60,132 bases of DNA from an uncultured Nitrososphaerota archaeon (lineage in GTDB: Archaea; Thermoproteota; Nitrososphaeria; Conexivisphaerales; DTJL01): contig CAWJIE010000008.1 of assembly GCA_963842885.1 (NCBI GenBank), positions 1 to 60,132 on the forward strand. The letters run 5' to 3'. The notes beneath the pieces are model-generated. The model was not told the DNA's origin. It ran no database searches and saw only the letters and a list, made by a program, of their open reading frames with translations. Of the stretch, positions 38,117-48,739 are shown in pieces (position 1 is the first letter of the stretch; every line of letters starts with the position of its first letter). The position numbers were made by a program, and so were the translations under genes.

Positions 38117-39301
38117 CTAGGCCTTCACCCCATACATCACCGGCTCGGCGCTAAACGAACTGGCATGCTCGGTCATGGCGAAGACCTTTTTCGCATCCAC
38201 GAGCGAGAAGTCCCTCCCGCCTATCCCGTAGACGACGCTCAAGACCGGAGGGTTCATCCCAGCCCCCTTCAGGGCGGACTTGACGTCCTCGGCCAGTGGA
38301 CCCGATGGCGCGCCGGGGCTCAGGCTCCTGTCCATTACGGCAACCGCCTTCGCCCCTTTCAAGTGGCGGACGACCTCCAGGATTGGGAAGGGCCTGTAGA
38401 GCTTGACGGCGAGGACACCGAAGTTCCCGCCTTCGCGGTTCAACACCCGCGCGGCGGCCCTCATGGTGCCTGAGGTGCAGCCGTTGACCACGACGACGTA
38501 GTCCGCGACCTCCGTGTTGAAGGCCGACACCGCCCCGTACTTCCTACCGCTGATGGCTTCATATTCGGTCTCCACTTCGTCGAAGACGGAGAGCGCCTTC
38601 TTCATCGCCTCCAGCTGCTGAATCTTGAATTCGTAGTAGTTCTCGTGGGTGGCGATTGCGCCGAAGGTGGACGGGTCAGCAGGGTCCAGCTTCCTCTTGA
38701 ACTTGGGCCTTCCTACGAAGCCCTTCACAGACTCGTCGCTCAGGGGGCGGACACGCTCGACGTCATGTGAGAGGATGAAGCCTTCGAAGTTTATGGTGGA
38801 GGGAAGCATGACCCTGGGGTCTTCGGAGAGCCTGAACAGCTGGATGGTCCTGTCGTAGATCTCTTCCACATTCTCGGCGTAGACCTGGATCCATCCGGAA
38901 TCTCTGGAACCCATCATGTCTCCGTGGTCAGCGTTCAAGACCAAGGGAGCGCTCAACGCCCTGTTCGCGACGGCCATCACCACGGGCAGCCTCATGCCGG
39001 CCACGTTGTAGAGCATCTCATGCATCAGGGCCAGCCCTTGGCTGGAGGTGGCCGTGAAGACCCTCGCTCCCGTCGCTGAGGCCCCGAGGCAGGCTGACAT
39101 GGCGCTATGCTCGGACTCGACGGCGACGAATTCCCCGCCGAACTCGCCGTTGGCCACGAACTCGGCAAGTTTCTCCACGATTATGGTCTGCGGCGTAATG
39201 GGGTAGGCCGCCACGACGTCGACGTCACACTGCTTGACGGCCTCGGCCACGGCTTCGTCGCCGACCATGGCGACCGCCTTCAGGGTCTGGGCCTCCGTCA
39301 T
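38117..39301 (-). CDS. porA: Pyruvate/2-oxoacid:ferredoxin oxidoreductase alpha subunit
   Basis: YPITPQT, ESEHSA, TATSSQGL, NRALSAP, RPFP, YGIGGRD. Confidence 0.95.
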   Translation of the reverse strand: MTEAQTLKAVAMVGDEAVAEAVKQCDVDVVAAYPITPQTIIVEKLAEFVANGEFGGEFVAVESEHSAMSACLGASATGARVFTATSSQGLALMHEMLYNVAGMRLPVVMAVANRALSAPLVLNADHGDMMGSRDSGWIQVYAENVEEIYDRTIQLFRLSEDPRVMLPSTINFEGFILSHDVERVRPLSDESVKGFVGRPKFKRKLDPADPSTFGAIATHENYYEFKIQQLEAMKKALSVFDEVETEYEAISGRKYGAVSAFNTEVADYVVVVNGCTSGTMRAAARVLNREGGNFGVLAVKLYRPFPILEVVRHLKGAKAVAVMDRSLSPGAPSGPLAEDVKSALKGAGMNPPVLSVVYGIGGRDFSLVDAKKVFAMTEHASSFSAEPVMYGVKA

Positions 39302-39564
39302 GGCTCTTTCACCATGGTCACGGCCCTGACCGGGCATTCGGATTCGCAGATTCCGCATCCCTTGCAGTGTTCGTAGTCGATGGTGACCTTTGCCCCTTCA
39401 TGCCTGACGATGGCAGGCTCGGGGCAGTATATCCAGCAAAGGAGGCAGTTGGTGCACTTGGCTTCGTCAATGACCGGCCTGGTCACCCTCCAGCCCCTGG
39501 TATCATACTTAGCTGAGGTGCCTCCCTGGATGATGCCCGCTTCATTCAGCTCCTTCCAACTCAA
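39298..39564 (-). CDS. porD: Oxidoreductase delta subunit (2x[4Fe-4S])
   Basis: WR..RP, CTNCLLCWIYCP, CKGCGICESECP. Confidence 0.95.
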   Translation of the reverse strand: MSWKELNEAGIIQGGTSAKYDTRGWRVTRPVIDEAKCTNCLLCWIYCPEPAIVRHEGAKVTIDYEHCKGCGICESECPVRAVTMVKEP

Positions 39565-40118
39565 CCCGATTTCACTCCCTCATAGCCGAGCCGCAGCGCC
39601 TCGGCGTTGCTGGCCCCGACGTTCCCCTTGAACCTCTCGCCTAGGACCTTCTCCATCGACTCGATGGAGACGATGCCGGTGGCCTTGACCAGCGCACCGA
39701 GCATCGGCGTGTTGGGGATGTCCTTGCCCAGGGTCTTCAACGCGACCCCCGTCGCGTCAACGCAGAAGGCCTTCACGCCCTCTTCGAGGCCGAGCTTGGC
39801 CCTGATGTCGGCGGGCGACCCTTCGAAATTGCAGAGGAAGGAGCCCGTCTTCGCCAGTCCCGAAACCGTGCTCTTCAAGGTCGCCATCGAACGGTCCACG
39901 ACGACGACCAAGTCGGGGCTGTAGATGAACGAGTGAATCTCTATGGGCTCGTCGCTGAGGCGTGCATAGGCGGCGATGGGGGCCCCCGACCTCTCGGCGC
40001 CGAATTCAGGGAACGCCTGGACGTACTTTCCTTCGAGGATGGCGGCCTCGGCGATGAGCCTGGCCGCGGAAACGACGCCCTGGCCACCCCTGCCGTGCAA
40101 CCTCACTTCGAGCATCAA
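39561..40118 (-). CDS. porG: Oxidoreductase gamma subunit
   Basis: EVRLHGRGGQG, FGAERSGAP, NTPMLGA. Confidence 0.95.
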   Translation of the reverse strand: MMLEVRLHGRGGQGVVSAARLIAEAAILEGKYVQAFPEFGAERSGAPIAAYARLSDEPIEIHSFIYSPDLVVVVDRSMATLKSTVSGLAKTGSFLCNFEGSPADIRAKLGLEEGVKAFCVDATGVALKTLGKDIPNTPMLGALVKATGIVSIESMEKVLGERFKGNVGASNAEALRLGYEGVKSG

Positions 40119-40301
40119 ATCCGGCTCACCCGTTGGGTCGCACCTACGTTCAGATGAATCATTTGCACCCTCAGAATCCGGGTAAACTGATAAGGCTTTC
40201 TAGGACTCTCTGACGATCCAGACCCCTCCCCCAGTGGCACGCTGTGCGGCCCAGCGTACCGAGCCGCCGCTGGGCGTGAAATGGATCGAAAGAGTAAGTC
40301 C

Positions 40302-40718
40302 CTAGGCGATTGTATAGTAGATTTTGTTCAGGCTTGGCTCCACCTTTGCCAGCATCTGCCTGAGAAGCTCGGGGTCGGCCTTCGAGGCGTGCGGCACGTA
40401 GCCCAGCTTGTTGTGCGTAAGGGCCTGAAGCACAGACTCCTGGAGGTACTCAAGCTTGGAGAGTTGCTCCTGGGTTATGGGGGTCGACGTGTGGCCGTGA
40501 GCCAGGAGCTTCAGTGTGAACGGGCTGGCGTCCGAGACATGCTCGACCTTGAGGGTATTGAACCCAATCCTCTTGAGGTATCTCTTGATCACGTGCCTCA
40601 TCCTCGTGGGCACTATTCCATTCACCTGAACGTCGAGCAACTTGACCCACCCCGTCATGCCCAATACGGGTGATACCAGTCGGCTCGACTGCGGCACCAG
40701 AATCTGGTTTTCCTGCAA
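40302..40718 (-). CDS. Hypothetical protein (138 aa), paralog of 609..1037
   Basis: Motifs shared with the 609 ORF. Confidence 0.75.
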   Translation of the reverse strand: MQENQILVPQSSRLVSPVLGMTGWVKLLDVQVNGIVPTRMRHVIKRYLKRIGFNTLKVEHVSDASPFTLKLLAHGHTSTPITQEQLSKLEYLQESVLQALTHNKLGYVPHASKADPELLRQMLAKVEPSLNKIYYTIA

Positions 40719-40953
40719 CTCATAACGCCGTTATCCTATACCAACGACCTGTATTTATTCCTTTCTAATAGTGATTCCTACTAGCGTCTCCTTGCTGTGG
40801 GCCCCGACATGGCGCCATACTCGGTTGTTTCTCCTGCCATCGGCTTAGCGACCCCAGGCAAGACCACGCACTCAGGAATCCGTCTTCCGGCGACTGTCTT
40901 ATAAGGAGGAGCAGGCATCAAGATAACGCACTGATAACGGGGAGTGAGAGAGT

Positions 40954-41916
40954 TTGGTCCTTATTGACCGGTTCGACAGGCCCGTGACCTCATTGAGGAT
41001 CGCGGTCACTCCCGAGTGCAACTTCGACTGCGTCTTCTGTCACAACGAGGGATTCGTGGGCCATGCGAAGGATCTCCTCACCGCTACGGAGATCTCCCGG
41101 GTATCTTCCATCCTGATGCAATTCGGGGTCCGGAAGATAAAGCTCACCGGAGGCGAGCCCATGACCAGGCACGACATCCTGGAGATAACCCAGAAGCTGG
41201 GCGTCCTACATCCCGACGACCTCGCCATGACCACTAACGGCACTCGGATTGAGCGCATGGCGGCTCAGCTCAAGGATGCCGGCATGAAGCGGTTGAACGT
41301 CAGCCTTCACAGCCTGAAGGAGGAGCGCTTCAGATGGATCACCACGAACGTGAGATTCCAGGAGACCCTCCAGGCCATCAGGGCCTCTATCGACGCGGGC
41401 CTGACGCCTGTGAAGCTCAACATGGTGCTGCTCAGAGACTACAACACGGACGAAGTCTGGGACATGGTCGACTACGCCGGGTCGCTGGGCGGCAATGACG
41501 TCGCCATCGTTCAGCTCATCGAACTGGTCCCCGTCGACGTGGAGTTCTACCGCCGCTTCCATTACGACCCAGCGGCCATAGAGGCGGAGCTCAAAGAGGA
41601 GGCCGTCTCCGTCAAGGTCAGGGACCTCCAGAACAGGCCTCAGTACACCCTCCCCAGCGGCGTGAAGGTGGAGATAGTGAAGCCCGTCCACAACGTCAGC
41701 TTCTGCACCGCCAACAACCGGATGAGGATCACCCACGACGGGAAGTTCCGCCCCTGCCTGATGCGAGACGACAACATGGTGGACTTCCTGAAGGTCCTCA
41801 GGGACGGCAGCTCGGACGAAGCGATAGCCGCTCAGTTCGTCAAGAGCGTCTGGCTCAGGGAACCCTACTACAAGCTCCCCGAGGTCAAGCCCGCCCCGAC
41901 CATCACGATGAAATGA
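40954..41916 (+). CDS. moaA: GTP 3',8-cyclase
   Basis: DRFDR..LRI, CNFDCVFC, TGGEP, FC..NRMRIT.DGK..PCL. Confidence 0.95.
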   Translation: MVLIDRFDRPVTSLRIAVTPECNFDCVFCHNEGFVGHAKDLLTATEISRVSSILMQFGVRKIKLTGGEPMTRHDILEITQKLGVLHPDDLAMTTNGTRIERMAAQLKDAGMKRLNVSLHSLKEERFRWITTNVRFQETLQAIRASIDAGLTPVKLNMVLLRDYNTDEVWDMVDYAGSLGGNDVAIVQLIELVPVDVEFYRRFHYDPAAIEAELKEEAVSVKVRDLQNRPQYTLPSGVKVEIVKPVHNVSFCTANNRMRITHDGKFRPCLMRDDNMVDFLKVLRDGSSDEAIAAQFVKSVWLREPYYKLPEVKPAPTITMK

Positions 41917-42000
41917 CCGGAGCCGCAGATGGCACTTCTTCGAGTCTTCGCTAACGATTTATATAATTATCACGGCCTCGATAATGCCGGTGCACATTAG

Positions 42001-42915
42001 ATGCCTTTTGTCCAAGGCGAATTCGTCTGGATGGATGGCACGTTCGTCCCCTGGAAGGATGCGAACGTCCATGTGTTGTCTCATGCTCTCCATTACGGCA
42101 CGGCCGCCTTCGAGGGCATCAGGGCCTATCCGTCGGGCCAGCAGATGTATGTGTTCAGGCTTCCGGAACACATCAGGAGGCTCGCGAACAGCTGCAAGAT
42201 CTTCGGCTTCGACCTCAAGTACTCCGTGGCCGAGCTGACAAAAGTGACCGTCGAGACCGTCAGGAAGAACAACCTCCACGGCAAGTGCTACATCAGGCCT
42301 CTCGTCTACGTCGGATTCGGGGGGATAGGGATTAACTTCACGGGCTTCCCCATACAGGCGGCAGTCCTGGCCTTCCCCTACGAGAAGTACTTCAAGGGCG
42401 AGGGGGTCGCCGCCATGGTGTCCAGTTGGAGGAGAACCTCCGATCAGACGGGCTCCCCCCTTGCGAAGATAAGCGGGCAGTACACCAACTCCGTGCTGGG
42501 GAAGATGGAGGCCGTCAAGCATGGCTTCGACGAGTGCATCATGCTGGACCTGAACGGCAAGATCAGCGAGGGCTCAGGCGAGAACCTGTTCCTGGTCAAG
42601 GACGGGAAGCTGGTCACGCCCACGCTTTCTTCCTCCATCCTCGGCGGGATCACGAGGGTCTCCGCCATCAGGCTGGCCGCCGACATGGGCATCGACACTG
42701 TGGAGAGGGACGTCTCGCGCTCGGAGCTCTATGTGGCCGACGAGGCATTCTTCTCTGGCACCGCCGCGGAGATCACCCCGATAACTTCCGTGGATGGCAA
42801 ACAGGTGGGCGACGGGAAGGTGGGCCCGATAACCAGCAGCGTGCGTTCCGCCTTCATGAAGGCCGTGGCGGGAGAGGACCCCCGTTACATGTCCTGGCTT
42901 ACCCCCGTCTATTGA
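42001..42915 (+). CDS. ilvE: Branched-chain amino acid aminotransferase
   Basis: HALHYG..FEGIRAY, YIRP, AKISGQY, EGSGENLF, GITR, GTAAE. Confidence 0.95.
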   Translation: MPFVQGEFVWMDGTFVPWKDANVHVLSHALHYGTAAFEGIRAYPSGQQMYVFRLPEHIRRLANSCKIFGFDLKYSVAELTKVTVETVRKNNLHGKCYIRPLVYVGFGGIGINFTGFPIQAAVLAFPYEKYFKGEGVAAMVSSWRRTSDQTGSPLAKISGQYTNSVLGKMEAVKHGFDECIMLDLNGKISEGSGENLFLVKDGKLVTPTLSSSILGGITRVSAIRLAADMGIDTVERDVSRSELYVADEAFFSGTAAEITPITSVDGKQVGDGKVGPITSSVRSAFMKAVAGEDPRYMSWLTPVY

Positions 42916-42968
42916 GCGGATGGTTTAAGCGGCGGCAGCCACGACTGCCACTTGAGAGCTGATCCCCA

Positions 42969-43550
42969 GTGACACCTGTTGAGAAGAAGCTCAGGCTGGA
43001 GCTGTCCAAGGAGGCCAGGCGCATAGGCGACCTTGGCCTCTGCGAAGGAAGGGAGGGGAACATCAGCGCGCGCATGGGCGAAGTCATGCTCGTCAAGGCA
43101 ACGGGCCAGTTCCTCTCGGACGCCACCCCGAAGGACTTCGTCAAGGTCAAGCTCGCCAGTCGGGGTGCCGAGTGGAAGCGGGAGCCAAGCATCGAGGTGA
43201 ACATGCACCGTCTAGTGTACGCCAATAGGCCCGACGTCAACGCCGTCGTGCACACCCATCCTCCCTTTGTGACTGCGTTCTGTGTCGCGGGCCTTCGCCT
43301 TGAACCGGTGACCACAGAAGCCCTCTTCTACTTCCCGAAGGGGATTGACCTCCTCCCGCAGGAGGAGCCCGGAAGCCTCAAGTTGGCCGATGCGGTGTCG
43401 GAGAAGATGAAAGAGGGGGTTGACTCCCTTCTTCTTGAGAGGCACGGCTTGGTGACCTTAGGCCCCAGCCTGCATGACGCGATTCAGCTGAGCATTGCCG
43501 CCGAGAGGACGGCCCAGGTGGCCATCCTGAGCAGGCTTCTCAGAAGCTAG
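42969..43550 (+). CDS. Class II aldolase/adducin family protein
   Basis: GNIS, PSIE..MH, VVHTHP, HG. Confidence 0.9.
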   Translation: MTPVEKKLRLELSKEARRIGDLGLCEGREGNISARMGEVMLVKATGQFLSDATPKDFVKVKLASRGAEWKREPSIEVNMHRLVYANRPDVNAVVHTHPPFVTAFCVAGLRLEPVTTEALFYFPKGIDLLPQEEPGSLKLADAVSEKMKEGVDSLLLERHGLVTLGPSLHDAIQLSIAAERTAQVAILSRLLRS

Positions 43551-44124
43551 AGTCGGGCGGGCGCACGTAGCAGCTCCTGCAACGTGGTTCATAGAGCTCC
43601 TTACCTCCGACCACGACTTGGGCGCCGAAGATCTCCCTGCCTTCAGAGGTTCTCTGGGTGAAATACGCATCGTTTCCGCACTTGACGCACACAGCGGAGA
43701 GGCTATGTATCACGTCGGCCCTGGCGAGCAGCTCCATGGCGTTGCCGAAAGGCTCCCCCGTGTGGTCCCTGTTCAGCACGGAGACGTACACCCGCTTTCC
43801 CAAATAGGACATCCCCTCGAGCTGCCTGGGAAGCTCCACTTTCGTGGGCCAGAACTGTGCCTCGTCCACACCGATGACGTCCACACCTGCGCTCATGTCC
43901 GCGATGAGCTTCACTCCAGCCTTCGTGATGGGGACGACCTTGGCAGGGAGCTTGAGCCCCTTATGCGTCACCACCTCCGAAGGGCTGTAGCGGGCGTCGA
44001 TCTGAGGCTTGAAGAGCTCTATCTTCCTGCCGGCGATGAGCTCCCTTTCAAGGAGCTCCAGGAGGCGCGAGGTCTTGCCCGAGAACATCGGGCCGTCGAT
44101 GACTACGAGCTGACCGGAGGCCAA
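43540..44124 (-). CDS. tdk: Thymidine kinase
   Basis: GPMFSGKT, DEAQF, CVKCG, GG.E.Y..CRSCY; start placed at the TTG after GGAG. Confidence 0.93.
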   Translation of the reverse strand: MASGQLVVIDGPMFSGKTSRLLELLERELIAGRKIELFKPQIDARYSPSEVVTHKGLKLPAKVVPITKAGVKLIADMSAGVDVIGVDEAQFWPTKVELPRQLEGMSYLGKRVYVSVLNRDHTGEPFGNAMELLARADVIHSLSAVCVKCGNDAYFTQRTSEGREIFGAQVVVGGKELYEPRCRSCYVRPPDSSF

Positions 44125-44299
44125 TGAACCAACAATCTCCAGGCTAACTATGCCTTGACATGACCTCGCCCGTGCGTGCCTATTATACGTTTGACCAACG
44201 CGTGAGTCCACCGCCGCCGATCTTCGAATTCTGACGCATGAGGCGACGAAAAACCTTATTACCTGATTGATATACGCTTTGGATTGCGAGCGTTCTGGA

Positions 44300-44776
44300 A
44301 TGCCAGGGGCCAAGAAGTCATCTGCGATTAAGGAAGCGCAAGGCACTGGCACTGCGGCACCCTCTAGGGCCGCATCTCAGGTAAAGAAGCCCAAGGCGTC
44401 CAAGGTCGTAAAGGCCCCGAAGGCGCCCAAGCCGACGCCCGCGAAGAAGGTCCCCAAGGCAAAGGTGGTCAAGGGCGTTCTGGCAACCGCGGGCCAGCTC
44501 AAGCCTGGACCTTCGAAGAAGCGCCTGCCCGTCGAGCTCCTCTCCGGTCTAATCGGGCCCGACCATCTGACGCGTTTTGAGCTGGCCAGGATCCTGGGCG
44601 CAAGGGCGCTTCAGCTTTCATTCGGGGCACCACCTCTGATCGAAATCTCCTCCGAGCTGGTCGACGCCATGAGCATCGCCAGGGCAGAGCTGGAGAGCAA
44701 GGCCATCCCCATCTCCATAAGGAGGACGCTTCCCTCCGGAGAGTTTCAGAACATACCCATCGCAGACCTGCTCTAG
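44300..44776 (+). CDS. rpoK: RNA polymerase subunit Rpo6/K with Lys/Pro/Ala-rich N-terminal extension
   Basis: LTRFELARILGARALQLSFGAP..IPISIRR. Confidence 0.93.
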   Translation: MPGAKKSSAIKEAQGTGTAAPSRAASQVKKPKASKVVKAPKAPKPTPAKKVPKAKVVKGVLATAGQLKPGPSKKRLPVELLSGLIGPDHLTRFELARILGARALQLSFGAPPLIEISSELVDAMSIARAELESKAIPISIRRTLPSGEFQNIPIADLL

Positions 44777-44932
44777 CGCCTGGATTTCGCGGACAGGCGG
44801 ATGCGGAATGTTTAGGTTCTCTCGAGATGCCACACGGTCCCGGGAATGGAGGCCCTGCAGGCCTCCCCCGAGGCGGACGAAAAAAGTATTAATACCGAGA
44901 GAGGCCCACTTCGTTTCATTCGGTGCAAGTGA

Positions 44933-45637
44933 ATGCCGAGAAGCGCTACTAAACCCAAGTCCACGAAGAAGGCGACCCCGAAGCCCCGACGCAAGAGCAA
45001 GCCTTTGCAGCCCAAAGCAGACACGGCGGCGGAAGGGGCCCTGCAGACCGAAATCACCCAGACCATGCCCACCGCTATCCAGGCCCTGCCTGAAGTGATC
45101 GAGCCTACAGCGGAGACGGTGGAGGTCAGACCGGAGGAAGCCAGGCCTGAGATCGCGCCCGAGGAGGCGCCGCCTGCCCAGCCGGAGGTCGTGCCCGAGC
45201 TGGCGCTTGCCCCTCAGCCAGTCGTGCCCGTCGTCGAAATGGTAGAAGCGCCTCCCGCCACAGAGCCTCCCACAACCCTTCCGCCCGAGCCTTCTGGGAG
45301 CGAGGCCGAACAAGAGGAGCCAGGCGAAACGGCCATAGGCGAGGAGCTACCGCCCAGGCTGAGCGTTCCGCCGAATCACATGTTCATTGGGAAGAAGCCG
45401 GTCATGGGCTACGCTCTTTCCGCCGTGATGCAGCTCACTCAGTACGAGGAGGTTGTGCTCAGGGCAAGGGGGAAGGCCATCTCAAGGGCAGTCGACGTGG
45501 CCGAGGTTATAATGCACAGGCTGGGCAAGGGCCAGTTCGTCGCTCGATACATCAAGATAGACACGGATATCGTGGGAGAGGGCGCTGAGAAGCGCAACGT
45601 CTCGACGATAGAGATAGGCGTGGGCAGGAGAACTTGA
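44933..45637 (+). CDS. albA: Alba chromatin protein with long disordered N-terminus
   Basis: IGKKPVMGY, ARGKAISRAVDVAE, RNVSTIEI. Confidence 0.9.
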   Translation: MPRSATKPKSTKKATPKPRRKSKPLQPKADTAAEGALQTEITQTMPTAIQALPEVIEPTAETVEVRPEEARPEIAPEEAPPAQPEVVPELALAPQPVVPVVEMVEAPPATEPPTTLPPEPSGSEAEQEEPGETAIGEELPPRLSVPPNHMFIGKKPVMGYALSAVMQLTQYEEVVLRARGKAISRAVDVAEVIMHRLGKGQFVARYIKIDTDIVGEGAEKRNVSTIEIGVGRRT

Positions 45638-45661
45638 TGCGGGCCTCGCCGTCGCTGCCCT

Positions 45662-46159
45662 CTATGAAATGAACGGATAGCTCCGACTGTCGAAGTCCCG
45701 TACGATCTCAACGTCACCCTCCGGGGTCCCAGAGTAATGCAGGGAACCCAGGTACGGGAAGATCTCGGTCAAGGGAGTCCGGATGAGCACCGACGCCGGA
45801 TGGCCACCCCCCAGCATCCGCGTCGCCACCTCCTCGCTGGTCTTCCTCACCTGAGCCTCGTCCATGAACCCCAGCGAGTGAAGGTACTCGTGGAGGAGCA
45901 GCATGTAGAGAAAGGAGCTGACGATTTCGGGAGGCTCGGCGCGTCGCACCCTTTCGAGGAGCTCCTTGTTCAGTACGATCATGTTCGAGCCGACGACGTG
46001 GTAGGCGCCTATTCCGGAGGAAAGACTGGAGAGTCCCAGAGTCAGCCCTGCGCGGTGGAGACCCAATACCTCCTCGACGTGGGCCTTGACTATGGAGAAG
46101 ACTTCGTCGTAGTTGTTCGCTCCTCCGAGCTTCGAGGCCTGCCCGTCTGACGCGTTCAT
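45662..46159 (-). CDS. Putative zincin metalloprotein
   Basis: LLHEYLHSLG..DE motif. Confidence 0.7.
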   Translation of the reverse strand: MNASDGQASKLGGANNYDEVFSIVKAHVEEVLGLHRAGLTLGLSSLSSGIGAYHVVGSNMIVLNKELLERVRRAEPPEIVSSFLYMLLLHEYLHSLGFMDEAQVRKTSEEVATRMLGGGHPASVLIRTPLTEIFPYLGSLHYSGTPEGDVEIVRDFDSRSYPFIS

Positions 46160-46401
46160 AACTCTCCCCTTGACGCTCGCGCTGTGGGGCTATATGAGTT
46201 GTCCAACAATTCGTTGCAGACCTTCCCCATCAACGACCGCATCTTCGGCTCGCTAAAGACGCAGTTCTCCAGGTACACCGTCCGGCACTTCAGCCCAGAG
46301 TCGCCAAACATCATGGCGACCCTCTTCCCAGCCCCGGTCTCGAGCTTGCGCGCGCCTGCGTAGAAGGCGATACCAGGTTCTTTGGTGGCCCGAGTATTCA
46401 T
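46156..46401 (-). CDS. Small hypothetical protein
   Basis: ATG ORF whose stop overlaps the next start (ATGA). Confidence 0.35.
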   Translation of the reverse strand: MNTRATKEPGIAFYAGARKLETGAGKRVAMMFGDSGLKCRTVYLENCVFSEPKMRSLMGKVCNELLDNSYSPTARASRGEL

Positions 46402-46461
46402 AAAAGAATATTCTGAGCAATGCATAATTCTTATATCGAAGGCCGGTCGGGGATTGAAGCC

Positions 46462-47025
46462 ATGTATGAGCTGGCGGACTTGCAAAGAATGCGCAGGTCG
46501 CTCGGCCTGACTCAGTCGGAGCTGGCCTCACTTTCCGGTGTGAGCCAGTCCCTCATCGCGAAGATTGAGGCTGGCAGGGTGGACCCTTCGTACAATCGGG
46601 CCAAGAGGATATTCGAGATCCTGGAGTCGCACCAGCGGAAGGGCTGGACCCGTGCCTCCGACGTCATGGTAAAGGAGGTCATCACCGCGAGACCGGAGTC
46701 TTCTGTCGGCGACGCGGTGAAGGTCATGAACAAGATGGCCATCAGCCAGCTTCCCATCGTCAGCGGCAATGAAGTCGTCGGCTCCCTGTCCGAGAAGATC
46801 CTGGTCGAGAGGATCGCCAAGGGGTCTGGCATTGAGGACATGATGAAGCAGCAAGTCAGGGACATCATGGACCAGGCCTTCCCCTCCGTTAGCCAGGACT
46901 CGCCGCTCGACATGGTGGCTAAGATGTTGAACTACACGGGGGCGGTCCTCATCTATCAGGGAGGGAGGATGGCCGGCATCATCACGCGCTCCGACCTTCT
47001 CAAGAAGAGAGCTGAGGAGCGATAG
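46462..47025 (+). CDS. HTH (XRE) plus CBS-pair transcriptional regulator
   Basis: LGLTQSELA..GVSQSLIAKIEAGRVDP, ISQLP, GIITRSDLL. Confidence 0.92.
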   Translation: MYELADLQRMRRSLGLTQSELASLSGVSQSLIAKIEAGRVDPSYNRAKRIFEILESHQRKGWTRASDVMVKEVITARPESSVGDAVKVMNKMAISQLPIVSGNEVVGSLSEKILVERIAKGSGIEDMMKQQVRDIMDQAFPSVSQDSPLDMVAKMLNYTGAVLIYQGGRMAGIITRSDLLKKRAEER

Positions 47026-47030
47026 CAGTC

Positions 47031-48234
47031 ATGACGAATGTATTGACCGTTGAAAGGGACTCGGCGACGTCGGTGGAGAAGCATCCCACCGAATTCGTCG
47101 AGAGAAAGGGCAAGGGGCATCCAGACACCATCTGCGACAGGGCGGCCGAGGAGCTCAGCATCGCCTTGAGCAAGTACTACATGGAGGACTGCGGGCACAT
47201 ACTTCATCATAACCTGGACAAGTGCGTCCTCGTGGGCGGCCAGTCAGATGCGAGGTTCGGTGGCGGGGAGGTGTTGGAGCCTATCTACCTCCTCCTAGTC
47301 GGGCGGGCCACCGTCAACGGGAATGGTGCCCTGAAGAAGCCGGTCCCCCTGGGCACGCTCGTCCAAAGGACGACCAAGGGCTGGATGAAGGAATCCTTCC
47401 CGACCCTCGACGTGGAGACCCAGCTGATAGTCGACTACCGCATCAAGCAGGGAAGCTCCGACCTCGTCGGCAACTATAACGCGTCCCACATCCCCAGAAG
47501 CAACGACACCAGCTTCGGCGTCGCCTTCGCCCCTATGTCGGAGACGGAGACGTTGGTGTACGAGACCGAGCAGCTCCTCAACTCGACGAAGTTCAAGAAT
47601 GAGTTCCCGGCCGTCGGGGCCGACGTCAAGGTGATGGGCTTGCGGCGCGGGGAAACGATCAAGCTGACCGTCGCAGCCGCCATCGTCTCAAAGGAGGTGG
47701 ACAACGCAGCCGACTATCTGGCCGTGAAGAATGAGGTCGTGGGGAAGATTAAGGAGCATTCGGCCGGTTTCACCAATCGCGAGGTGCTCGTGGATCTCAA
47801 CGCCGCCGACGATGCCTCTAGGGGGGTGTTCTACCTCACGGTCACCGGTCTCAGCGCCGAGCAGGGCGACGACGGCCAGGTGGGACGAGGGAACAGGGCC
47901 AACGGTCTCATAACGCCCTTCCGGCCCATGACCCTGGAGGCGACCACTGGCAAGAACCCGACCAGCCATGTAGGGAAGATCTACCAGGTGGCGTCACGCC
48001 AGGTGGTTGACAGGATAGTCGAGGAGCTCCCGGACCTTGAGCAGGTGTACTGCTACATGCTCAGCCAGATAGGGAAGCCAGTGAACGAGCCCCAGTGTGT
48101 CCATGTCCGCGCGTTCGGGTCCGTTGGCGAAGACAGGGTGAGACGCGTCGCCGAACCCATCGTGGAGCAAGCCCTAAAAGACATCCCCAATCTCTGGGAA
48201 GGGTCTAGTGCAGGGGAAGTTCAGGCTGTACTAG
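47031..48234 (+). CDS. mat: Archaeal S-adenosylmethionine synthetase (1-nt frameshift near 48201 in the last codons)
   Basis: [42 protein letters not shown]; corrected end [11 protein letters not shown]. Confidence 0.95.
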
Positions 48235-48352
48235 GCCGCCGAGCAGTTCGGCATTTGATGGCACGCCGGCGATGCGGCGTGCCTTCGTGCTATTTTGGTG
48301 ATAGCCTATTATACGTCGAGCCTGAAACCTTTCAGCATCGGCAGTGGTCTCG

Positions 48353-48739
48353 ATGAGGTATAGATTGATGGACATACTGGCCTGCCCCATCTGCAAGGCC
48401 TTCCCGCTGGAGCTCCTGGTCTTAGACGCGACCAAGGGGGAACAGAAGCACAGAGACAAGGTGGGATGCGAGCTCTACTGCGTCTACAACGGCGGTACCA
48501 TAGACCACATGGTCAAGACTGAGCTCGTTAAGGACTGTGAGATTTGCTTCAGCTATGACCTCAGAGAGGCCCTCCTGACGTGCAAGAAGTGCGGGCGCTG
48601 GTACCCCGTCATGGACAGCATCCCCCACATGCTTCCCGATGACCTGAGGAAGGAGGTCGAGGACAAGCAGTTCCTAGTCAAGCATGCGGAAAAGATACCT
48701 GAACGAGTGAAGAAGGAAGGCCTTCCCTTTCACCTTTGA
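48353..48739 (+). CDS. trm112: Trm112 family methyltransferase activator
   Basis: LMDILACPICK..L.L and CKKCGRWYPV..IPHMLPD. Confidence 0.88.
   Translation: MRYRLMDILACPICKAFPLELLVLDATKGEQKHRDKVGCELYCVYNGGTIDHMVKTELVKDCEICFSYDLREALLTCKKCGRWYPVMDSIPHMLPDDLRKEVEDKQFLVKHAEKIPERVKKEGLPFHL

Noticed and set aside
48235-48356. C-terminal extension of MAT overlapping trm112
   Set aside because: Artefact of a 1-nt frameshift; the shifted frame gives a normal end at 48234
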